Made by a program: the position numbers and the translations under genes
Shown: positions 18,538-26,664 of the stretch, in pieces
Layout: every line of letters starts with the position of its first letter
How positions within the stretch are numbered: the first letter of the stretch is position 1
DNA from: Acidimicrobiia bacterium
GTDB lineage: Bacteria; Actinomycetota; Acidimicrobiia; Acidimicrobiales; Aldehydirespiratoraceae
Length of the DNA: 64,000 nt
Direction of reading: 5' to 3'
Assembly (NCBI GenBank): GCA_003231645.1
Contig: QIIW01000066.1
Location: forward strand, 4,094 to 68,093
The notes under the pieces: generated by a model
What the model saw: only the letters and a program-made list of their open reading frames with translations
What the model was told of the DNA's origin: nothing
Database searches by the model: none

Positions 18538-18981
18538 ATGCGAATTGGAGAAATGGCCGACAAGGTCGGCATCACCACCGAAGCGGTCCGCTACTACGAA
18601 AAAGTCGGTCTGCTCGCTGCGCCGCCACGAACCGCGGCCGGGTACCGGGACTACGACGGATCCGCCCTCACGAGGTTGCAGTTCATACGAACCGCTCAGA
18701 CCGTCGGGTTCACCCTTGGCGAGATCGGCGAAATCCTGGACCTGCGCGACAACGGCGAAACGCCTTGTGATCACGTACGCCACCTCATCACCCGACACGC
18801 CGCCGATCTCCAGCAGCGCATCGACGACCTCCGGGCGATACAGATAGACCTGCAGCACCTGGCAGCCGTCGCCGCGGCCGCACCCCGATCCGATGACGCC
18901 GCGACGCATTGCCACATCCTCGAAGCGGCCGGACCGGCCGGGGAGCGGTCAGGCGGCGGGAGCGGTGGGTGCCACCGGTGA
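18538..18981 (+). CDS. MerR-family heavy-metal-responsive transcriptional regulator
   Basis: [26 protein letters not shown] (HTH), GYRDYD, a Cys at the start of the dimerisation helix ([11 protein letters not shown]), and a C-terminal HCH. It is divergent from the ATPase. The start is trimmed to ATG 18538. Confidence 0.85.
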   Translation: MRIGEMADKVGITTEAVRYYEKVGLLAAPPRTAAGYRDYDGSALTRLQFIRTAQTVGFTLGEIGEILDLRDNGETPCDHVRHLITRHAADLQQRIDDLRAIQIDLQHLAAVAAAAPRSDDAATHCHILEAAGPAGERSGGGSGGCHR

Positions 18982-19662
18982 TTCCGTCGTGATTGCCGGC
19001 GTGGTCGTGGTGGTGGTCGTGGTGCTCGGCGGGACGAATGCGGGGTCGAAATTCTCGTAGTCGGAGCGGGTCACCGCTGCCCCGACCTCGGTGTCGCCGA
19101 ACTTGGTGGGGATGGTGACCTCCTGTCCGTTGATCAGGATCTGAACCCTGTCGATGCCGTCGAAGGCGGTGGCGGTCCACACCAGTTGGGCGGCGATCTC
19201 GGTGAGATCGCCCTCGTAGGGCTGATCGCTCGGCTGTCCCTCGGGGGTGAGGTTCACGATGTCGATCACTGCCATGTCGCCGACCTTGGCGGCGCTCAGC
19301 AACTTGAATTCGGAGAGTGTCGTGATGTAGTTGGCGGCTTCCTCGTCGCTGGTCACCGCTCCCTCCCCGAACAGGCGACTGATCACGTCGGTGATCGTCG
19401 GGTTGAGCGGGACCTCACGCTGGACCTCCACGACCGTGGCTCTCGTCGTCTCGGCCTGGCGGGTGAGCAGGTAGACGGGGGCCGTGGTGGTGATCGGAGC
19501 CTGCAGCGTGGTGGTCGTGGTGGTGAAGTCGGGGCGAAGGCTCTCGGGGAGCGAACCGGCCGGGATCACGCTGGCCGAACTGTCACTTGGCACTGAACAT
19601 CCGGTCGCCAGGATGGCGACGGCCCCGAGTACGGCCAGTGCACGGCGCGCCCGGTCGGTCAT
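18949..19662 (-). CDS. lipoprotein with GerMN domain (short LpqB-like)
   Basis: A signal peptide plus lipobox (AILATGC), a GerMN-like core (VYLLTRQ...VQREV...LSEFKLLSA...IDRVQILINGQEV) and a C-terminal Thr/Pro-rich tail. There is an ATGA overlap with the upstream kinase gene. Confidence 0.75.
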   Translation of the reverse strand: MTDRARRALAVLGAVAILATGCSVPSDSSASVIPAGSLPESLRPDFTTTTTTLQAPITTTAPVYLLTRQAETTRATVVEVQREVPLNPTITDVISRLFGEGAVTSDEEAANYITTLSEFKLLSAAKVGDMAVIDIVNLTPEGQPSDQPYEGDLTEIAAQLVWTATAFDGIDRVQILINGQEVTIPTKFGDTEVGAAVTRSDYENFDPAFVPPSTTTTTTTTPAITTESPVAPTAPAA

Positions 19663-21065
19663 TCCTCGATCTCCTCGATCGGCAGCACCACCACGAAACG
19701 TGCCCCCGGTTGCCCATCGGCACGGTCTTCGACCCAGACCCGGCCGCCGTGGAGTCCCACGTGTTCGGCCACCAGCGACAACCCGAGGCCGGAGCCGGTG
19801 TCCTGGCTACGGCGACCCCCGGCGCTGCCGCGTGAGAACCTGTCGAAGATCACGAATCGTTCGGCTTCGGGAACTCCCGGTCCGTCGTCCTCCACCGCCA
19901 GCAGGATCTCGTCGCCATCGCGGCCGAGCGAAACGCTGATGGCGCCGCGGCCGTATCTGGCGGCATTGTCGATCAGGTTGGCAATCACCTGCGCGAGGCG
20001 TCTCTTGTCGGCAACGACAATGGTTGATTGGGCGGCGAGGGTGGTCGTGACTGGTGTCTCGGGGCGCGAGGAATGGGACACGGCCTGTCGAATGAACTCG
20101 GAGACATCGATCTCCTCGGCCTGTAGCGAGGCCGATCCGACGTCGTAGCGGCTGATCTCGAGTAGATCCTCGACGAGTCGGGTGAACCGCTGCACATCGT
20201 CGGTCAGGAGGTTGAGCGCCGTGCGGCTGCGTTCGTCGAAACTGTCGCGGCTGTTGTTGAGCACCTCGACTGAGGCGTTGAGGGTCATGAGCGGACTGCG
20301 CAATTCGTGGCTGACTTCGGAGGCGAAGCGCGAGTCTCGTTGGATACGGTCCTCGAGCGCAACCGCCATCTCGTTGAAGGAGGCGGTGAGCGACGCCAGG
20401 TCGGCGTCGGCGGGGGGTTCGAGTCGGGTGTCGAGTTCACCCGCGGCGAGGGACTCTGCTGCGGCGCGGACGTCGGCCAGGGGGGAGAGGGTGAGACGCG
20501 AAGCCCACCACCCGATCGCCGCGGCCAACACGGTCGATACGGCGGCGACGCCCAACAGGATGAGGCCGAGTGCACTCAGGGTCGCCTCGATGTCGTCGAG
20601 AAATATCGCCTCGAAGTAGGCCGCGTCACGATTGGGCAGCGGGATACCGGTGATAACGGCCGGCCGGCCGTCGAGGTTGGTGCGGATGGTGCCGGCCTCG
20701 GACTTGTCGACCAGATCGAGCAACGACGCCGGAACGTTCTCGCTGTTGAACACCTGGGTGTCCGAGGCGGTCCAGCTGTCGCCGAAACGCAGAAGTGGAT
20801 AGGCACCCTTGGTGGTGCTCAGAGAACGGATGATCGCACCGAGCCCCTCGGCGTCGATCTCGGGTGTGAGTCGTGCCTGGACGCGTATCCCATTGGTGGT
20901 CACCACCCGGAACGCGGTCTCCTCTCGTGTCGCGAGCAGGTTTCGCCGAGTGAGGGTGAGGGTCGCCACGGCGATCGTGGTCGAGAGGATCAGTCCCCCC
21001 AACGCGAAGAACAGTGTGAGGCGCGACCGCAGCCCCAATCGTTCAAAGTGGGGAATCAACCTCAT
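19659..21065 (-). CDS. mtrB: sensor histidine kinase, MtrB-like
   Basis: Two TM segments, a HAMP region, the HisKA H-box SHELRSPL, and an HATPase (DNAARYG, DDGPGV, GSGLGLS). It lies between an OmpR-type regulator and the GerMN lipoprotein. Confidence 0.8.
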   Translation of the reverse strand: MRLIPHFERLGLRSRLTLFFALGGLILSTTIAVATLTLTRRNLLATREETAFRVVTTNGIRVQARLTPEIDAEGLGAIIRSLSTTKGAYPLLRFGDSWTASDTQVFNSENVPASLLDLVDKSEAGTIRTNLDGRPAVITGIPLPNRDAAYFEAIFLDDIEATLSALGLILLGVAAVSTVLAAAIGWWASRLTLSPLADVRAAAESLAAGELDTRLEPPADADLASLTASFNEMAVALEDRIQRDSRFASEVSHELRSPLMTLNASVEVLNNSRDSFDERSRTALNLLTDDVQRFTRLVEDLLEISRYDVGSASLQAEEIDVSEFIRQAVSHSSRPETPVTTTLAAQSTIVVADKRRLAQVIANLIDNAARYGRGAISVSLGRDGDEILLAVEDDGPGVPEAERFVIFDRFSRGSAGGRRSQDTGSGLGLSLVAEHVGLHGGRVWVEDRADGQPGARFVVVLPIEEIEE

Positions 21066-21082
21066 GTGTGCCAGACCCCGGC

Positions 21083-21763
<681 letters not shown>

Positions 21764-21817
21764 GGAAGCGATGCTGCCAGATATCGAGGCCCGGTGGGCG
21801 CCAAGGCGGTGATTAAG

Positions 21818-22609
21818 TCACGCGGCGTGGACACCGGCCGACTCCAGCAGTCGACAGAATGCCTCGTAGATGAGCGGAGAGGCGCCCACGAAGGCCCCGT
21901 TGTCGTCAAGGTGGAAGTCGATGATCGCCCCGGCTTCGGCGGCTATCAATGCCCCCGCCGCCGTGTCCCAGGGGGAGAGCCCCCTCTCGTAGTAGGCATC
22001 GATCCGACCGCACGCGAGCGCGCACAGGTCGAGAGCGGCTCCTCCAAGGCGGCGGATATCGCGCACTGCGGGCAACACGTTCACGAGCGCCTCGGCCTGA
22101 GCACGACGCCGTTCGCGGTCGTAGGAGAAGCCGGTGGCGACCAGAGAGGTCGAGAGATCGGTGGCGCCTCCGGCGCTGATCGGCTCGCCGTTGCGGGTGG
22201 CTCCGCCGCCGATCGTGGCTCGGAAACGCTCGCCCCGTACCGGGTCGTGGACCAGGCCGGCGACGGCTGAGCCGGAAATGCTGGCCGCCACCGAAACCGA
22301 ATACCCGGGAATGTCGTAGACGAAGTTGGTGGTGCCGTCGATCGGGTCGATCACCCAGGTGACGCCGGTGGCCGACTCGACCGACGAGCCTTCCTCACCC
22401 AGGAAACCGTCGTTGGGTCGAGCCCGGGAAATCGAATCGACGAGGGTCTTCTCAACCCAGCGATCCATACTCGTGACCATGTCGGTTCGGCTCGACTTCG
22501 TTTCGATGGTGAGGCTCGGATCGGCGCTGGAGCCGGCCACGCGTGCGATGACCAGATCGACGGCCGCATCGGCGATCACCAGAAGGTTGGCGGGAGCAGT
22601 GTCGCTCAC
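21818..22609 (-). CDS. inositol monophosphatase family protein (SuhB/ImpA/HisN-like)
   Basis: GFLGEEG, WVIDPIDGTTNF and WDTAAG motifs. The start is set at GTG 22609, which forms a GTGA overlap with the upstream small ORF. The ORF is open to 22654. Confidence 0.85.
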   Translation of the reverse strand: MSDTAPANLLVIADAAVDLVIARVAGSSADPSLTIETKSSRTDMVTSMDRWVEKTLVDSISRARPNDGFLGEEGSSVESATGVTWVIDPIDGTTNFVYDIPGYSVSVAASISGSAVAGLVHDPVRGERFRATIGGGATRNGEPISAGGATDLSTSLVATGFSYDRERRRAQAEALVNVLPAVRDIRRLGGAALDLCALACGRIDAYYERGLSPWDTAAGALIAAEAGAIIDFHLDDNGAFVGASPLIYEAFCRLLESAGVHAA

Positions 22610-22812
22610 TTGTCGCTCCGGTGTGCCCGCTCGCGGGCCTGCCTGGCGTCCCATTCGGCCATGGCCCGCAGCGTGAGCACCGCCACGATGGCGACGCCGA
22701 TGGCGGTTCCGACCGCAGCGGCGACACCAACCGCCCCGGCGCCGGGGGGTATCACTTGGCGGGACATCGCCGGGATCCTACCGACGCCACGGTGCTCACC
22801 ATGTCGACGCAT
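22606..22812 (-). CDS. small single-pass membrane protein, hypothetical
   Basis: It has a hydrophobic core GAGAVGVAAAVGTAIGVAIVAVLTL followed by a basic tail. Its stop overlaps the IMPase GTG. The start may be ATG 22767 (MSRQVIPP) rather than 22812. Confidence 0.4.
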   Translation of the reverse strand: MRRHGEHRGVGRIPAMSRQVIPPGAGAVGVAAAVGTAIGVAIVAVLTLRAMAEWDARQARERAHRSDK

Positions 22813-22832
22813 CGGCTCTAGAGTTCCGTCCC

Positions 22833-23555
22833 GTGCGCGTCTTGGTTGTGCTGCCGACCTATCAGGAGTCGACCAACATCGAGGAAGTGCTTCGTCGCGC
22901 CCTGGAAGCGGTGCCGTCGGCCTCGGTTCTCGTCGTCGACGATTCCAGCCCGGACGGCACGGCGGACATCGCCGAACGGGTCGGCGCCGAACTCGGCTCC
23001 GTCGAGGTGATGCGTCGACCGGCCAAGTCGGGCTTGGGGTCCGCCTACCGCGATGGGTTCCGGCGCGGTCTCGCCGAAGGATACGACGTCCTCATCGAGA
23101 TGGACTCCGACCTGTCCCATGATCCGGCCGCGCTGCCCAGCCTCATCGCCGGCCTGGCCGACGGTGCCGACCTGGTGATCGGCAGCCGTTACGTGCCCGG
23201 CGGCTCGATCCCCGACTGGACCTGGCATCGCCGCGCCCTGTCGAAGTGGGGGAATCGCTACGCCTCGTCGGTTCTGGGCATCAACGTCAGCGATGCCACG
23301 AGCGGCTACCGGGCCTACCGATCGGAGGTGATGGCCAAAGTCGACTTCCACACCGTGAAGGCCGACGGCTACGGGTTCCAGATCGAGATGGCACACCGGG
23401 TTCTCAGGGTGGGCGGAAAGGTGGTCGAGGTGCCGATCTCGTTCGTCGACCGCGCCCGTGGCACATCCAAGATGTCGAGCCGTATCGTGGTCGAGGCCAT
23501 GATTCTGGTGACATGGTGGGGTATACGCGACCGTCTGCTCAGAAAACGCCGCTGA
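22833..23555 (+). CDS. ppm1: polyprenol-phosphate mannosyltransferase (GT2, catalytic-domain-only Ppm1/DPM1-like)
   Basis: 240 aa. VLVVLPTYQESTNIEEVL, VLVVDDSSPDGTADIA, DSDLSHDP and GYGFQIEM are typical of GT2 dolichol/polyprenol-P-mannose synthases. Confidence 0.8.
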   Translation: MRVLVVLPTYQESTNIEEVLRRALEAVPSASVLVVDDSSPDGTADIAERVGAELGSVEVMRRPAKSGLGSAYRDGFRRGLAEGYDVLIEMDSDLSHDPAALPSLIAGLADGADLVIGSRYVPGGSIPDWTWHRRALSKWGNRYASSVLGINVSDATSGYRAYRSEVMAKVDFHTVKADGYGFQIEMAHRVLRVGGKVVEVPISFVDRARGTSKMSSRIVVEAMILVTWWGIRDRLLRKRR

Positions 23556-23573
23556 CCGCCGACAGGACCACTG

Positions 23574-24323
23574 ATGGAAACGGACCGAATCGCTCTGGTG
23601 CCGCCTCGCCGGCTCGGGTCTCTGCTTCGACAGGCGCGTGTCGCCGGCGGCATGGATCTCGACGAGTTGGCAGCGCGGGGCGAGTTCGGTCCGGTCGACC
23701 TGGACGACATCGAGGAGGGCCGACGGTCGGTCGACGACCCGACATTGGCCCGGCTTCTGTCTCTCTACGGGATCGAGGACACCGGGTTGCTACCCGAGCG
23801 GCCACGACTCGTCATCGATCTCGACAGCGGGAGGATCGCCGTCGATCAGGCCGACATCACGGTCGGGGAGACGACCGACACCGACGCCGTGCTCACCAGG
23901 TATCTGGCGCTCGTCTACCGACTTCGCGACCTTCCACTTGGTACCCCCATTCAACTTCGTGACGTCGACCTCGATGTTTTGTCGACGGCCCTTGAGATCG
24001 AGTCGAGCGACATCGAATTCCGCCTCGAACGACTCATGGGCCAGAAGGACGCGCTGCGCAGCGACCAGCGTAATCTTCGCAGGCGCCTGCTCGTACCCCT
24101 GGCCGGAGTGATGGTCGCGGCAACAGCAGTGGGAGTGCTGGTCCTGGTGTCGCAGAACAGCAACGAGATCGCCCCGGTCGGTACCGACACCCCCACCACG
24201 CGGGTTGTCACCGACCTCGGATCGGGCGGAGCGGTCCTCGACAATCCGGCGGCGCGGGTGGTCACCGACGTTGGGAACGGTGGGGCGGTCGAGTCGAATC
24301 CGTCGCCCGGATCGGGTGGCTGA
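23574..24323 (+). CDS. HTH (XRE-like) domain protein with one TM segment and a repeated C-terminal tail
   Basis: N-terminal LGSLLRQARVAGGMDLDELAARGEF...LARLLSLYGI, a TM segment LLVPLAGVMVAATAVGVLVLV, then two 18-residue repeats RVVTD(L/V)G(S/N)GGAV. Confidence 0.6.
   Translation: METDRIALVPPRRLGSLLRQARVAGGMDLDELAARGEFGPVDLDDIEEGRRSVDDPTLARLLSLYGIEDTGLLPERPRLVIDLDSGRIAVDQADITVGETTDTDAVLTRYLALVYRLRDLPLGTPIQLRDVDLDVLSTALEIESSDIEFRLERLMGQKDALRSDQRNLRRRLLVPLAGVMVAATAVGVLVLVSQNSNEIAPVGTDTPTTRVVTDLGSGGAVLDNPAARVVTDVGNGGAVESNPSPGSGG
24199..24306 (+). repeat. 2 x 54-nt imperfect in-frame tandem repeat inside the CDS
   Basis: 24199-24252 (cgcgggttgtcaccgacctcggatcgggcggagcggtcctcgacaatccggcgg) is followed directly by 24253-24306 (cgcgggtggtcaccgacgttgggaacggtggggcggtcgagtcgaatccgtcgc). 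Confidence 0.7.
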
Positions 24324-24370
24324 GCGGGACAACTGTTCCGGCCCGGTCGCGCGACTGGCATGCTGGTCGG

Positions 24371-24856
24371 GTGCGCTACTGGAGTGTTGCAGGTGGATTG
24401 CTCAGTGACGAGCGCGGGCTTCTCCTGGTTGCCAACCGGCGGCGAGGCGGGTCGGTCGACTGGTCGACGCCGGGCGGAGTAATCGATGCGGGAGAGACCC
24501 CGATCGGTGCTCTGACCCGAGAGGTAATCGAGGAGACCGGACTTGTGGTCCGGACCTGGGATTCATTGTGCTGGACGGTTGAGGTCGACTTCGTCGACAT
24601 TGAGATGCACCTCGATGTCGAGATACACTCTGCCGACTCGTTCAGCGGTGTCATCGCGCTCGGCGACCCCGATGGCATCGTCACGGCCGCGGAGTTCGTG
24701 TCCGGAAGTGAGGCGGTCGAACGTCTGCGCGCCAGCCCGATGTGGGTATCGGAGCCGCTGGGTCGTTGGATCGCCGAGCCTTGGATCGAACCGTGCCACT
24801 TCGCCTACTCGGCCTACGGGACCAGCCCGTCGAGGATGCGGGCCGAACGTCGATGA
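24371..24856 (+). CDS. NUDIX hydrolase
   Basis: NUDIX box GGVIDAGETPIGALTREVIEETGL (GX5EX7REUXEEXGU). Confidence 0.85.
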   Translation: MRYWSVAGGLLSDERGLLLVANRRRGGSVDWSTPGGVIDAGETPIGALTREVIEETGLVVRTWDSLCWTVEVDFVDIEMHLDVEIHSADSFSGVIALGDPDGIVTAAEFVSGSEAVERLRASPMWVSEPLGRWIAEPWIEPCHFAYSAYGTSPSRMRAERR

Positions 24857-26172
24857 CCGTGAGCGAGGCGCTCACCGAAGGCGCACCGCCGGATGGCTCG
24901 CTCGGATTCCTCCACGTCGACATGGATGCGTTCTTCGCCTCGGTCGAACTTCGTCGACGCCCCGAATTGCGGGGTCGGCCCGTGGTGGTCGGCGGTACCG
25001 GAGACAGGGGAGTGGTGGCGGCTGCCAGCTACACCGCACGTTCCTACGGGATTCATTCGGCGATGCCGTCGAGCCGGGCGCGGAGGCTCTGCCCCGACGT
25101 CGTGTTCATCGAGGGCGACCACGCGCTCTACGGCGAGGTGTCACAAAATGTGATGTCGATCATGCGTGGCTTCACTCCGCTGCTCGAGCCGTTGTCCCTC
25201 GACGAGGCCTTTCTCGATGTGCGCGGTGCTCTCCACGGGGTGATCCGGCCCGAGGAGATTGCGGCTCGGATACGACGTCGGATACTCGATGACGAATCGC
25301 TCACCTGCTCGGTCGGTGTGGCATCCAACAAGTTTCTGGCCAAGCTCGCCACCGAACGGGCCAAGCCCCGAGCCACGCCCACCGGCCCCGAATTCGGCAG
25401 CGGTGTGTTCGTGGTGGCGGTGGGAGGCGAACTTGAGTTCCTGCGACCGATGGCGGTTCGCGAGCTCTGGGGGGTGGGTCCGGCCACCGGGGCGAGGTTG
25501 TCAAGGATGGGAATCGAGACCGTCGGTGATCTGGCCGCTCAACCGGAGAGTCGCCTGATCGCGTCGCTGGGTCGATCCCTGGGCCATCACCTCCACCGAC
25601 TGGCGCATGCGATCGACGAGAGACCGGTGGTGGTCGACCGGGGGATGAAATCGATCGGTCACGAAGAGACCTTTGCCCGCGACATCACCGATCCGGGTGA
25701 CCTTCGGCGTCAATTGGTGAGGATGAGCGACGCGGTGGCAGCCCGGCTCAGGTCGCGAGGGCAGATGGGGCGAACCGTGAGCATCAAGGTCAGGTTCGCC
25801 GATTTCACCACGATCAGCCGCTCGTCGACAGTACCGGAGCCGATCGACGGAACAGGTGAGATCACCGACGAGGCCTCGGCCATGCTCGGGTTGCTGGACA
25901 CGACTCCGGGGGTGAGGTTGCTCGGCGTGAACGTGAGCCAACTCTCGAGTTCCCGGATCCGCCAACTCAGCCTGGAGGACGTTCACGGGTCCTCGCGCGA
26001 TCCCACCGACCCGGTGGTCGACGAGATCAGGGGCAGGTTCGGTGGTGATTCCATCGGTCGGGCGGCCGCGCTGTCGAAATCGGGCCGGCCGGCCAACAAG
26101 AAGATCGGTGACGCCCCCTGGGGCCCGGCCGCGGAACCCGAACCCGGAACGGCCGTCGAGGAGGTCGACTGA
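24853..26172 (+). CDS. dinB: DNA polymerase IV (Y-family)
   Basis: FLHVDMDAFFASVE, SYGIHSAMP, SLDEAFLDV and SVGVASNKFLAKLA. The start is trimmed to ATG 24853, which forms an ATGA overlap with the NUDIX stop. Confidence 0.92.
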   Translation: MTVSEALTEGAPPDGSLGFLHVDMDAFFASVELRRRPELRGRPVVVGGTGDRGVVAAASYTARSYGIHSAMPSSRARRLCPDVVFIEGDHALYGEVSQNVMSIMRGFTPLLEPLSLDEAFLDVRGALHGVIRPEEIAARIRRRILDDESLTCSVGVASNKFLAKLATERAKPRATPTGPEFGSGVFVVAVGGELEFLRPMAVRELWGVGPATGARLSRMGIETVGDLAAQPESRLIASLGRSLGHHLHRLAHAIDERPVVVDRGMKSIGHEETFARDITDPGDLRRQLVRMSDAVAARLRSRGQMGRTVSIKVRFADFTTISRSSTVPEPIDGTGEITDEASAMLGLLDTTPGVRLLGVNVSQLSSSRIRQLSLEDVHGSSRDPTDPVVDEIRGRFGGDSIGRAAALSKSGRPANKKIGDAPWGPAAEPEPGTAVEEVD

Positions 26173-26264
26173 ACAAACATCAGCGATCCTGGAAGCTCGC
26201 GCGTTGTTAGGCGGTTCCCGGTGTGAGACACTGTACGCACTAGGGAATCCGGGCGAGAGGAACG

Positions 26265-26654
26265 ATGGTGCCCCTGTCTGAGGACGAGCAGAGAATCCTC
26301 ATCGAGATCGAGCAGCATCTCTATGAGTCTGATCCAAAGCTTGTGCACGAGGTCTCCAAGACCACCGTCTACACCCACGCGTTCCGCAACATGAAGTGGG
26401 CCACCCTCGGCTTCGTGGTCGGGGTGGTTCTCATGGTCGTCCTTCTGGCGGCCAACTATGTCCTCGCCTTCGGTGGCTTTCTACTGATGCTCGCCAGCGT
26501 GTTGCTGTTCGAGAGAAGTGCCCGCCGCCTCGGTCGGGTCGGTCTCGATCAGATGACCCGCTCGATGCGGGGCGGGTCGATCAAGGATGCCATGGGCGGC
26601 GCCGGCGCCCGCATGCGCGAGCGCTTCAACCGTCCCGATCGGCCGCCCGAATAA
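26265..26654 (+). CDS. DUF3040 domain membrane protein
   Basis: MVPLSEDEQRILIEIEQHLYESDPKL followed by two hydrophobic helices, the typical DUF3040 layout. Confidence 0.8.
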   Translation: MVPLSEDEQRILIEIEQHLYESDPKLVHEVSKTTVYTHAFRNMKWATLGFVVGVVLMVVLLAANYVLAFGGFLLMLASVLLFERSARRLGRVGLDQMTRSMRGGSIKDAMGGAGARMRERFNRPDRPPE

Positions 26655-26664
26655 CCGAACACGC

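Noticed and set aside
18949-18981. 33-nt overlap of the convergent 3' ends of the MerR gene and the LpqB-like lipoprotein gene.
   Set aside because: The overlap is real in sequence, but both C-terminal tails are low-complexity (Gly/Ser and Thr/Pro/Ala). It probably has no functional meaning beyond the lack of a terminator between them. It is mentioned under the MtrAB finding only.
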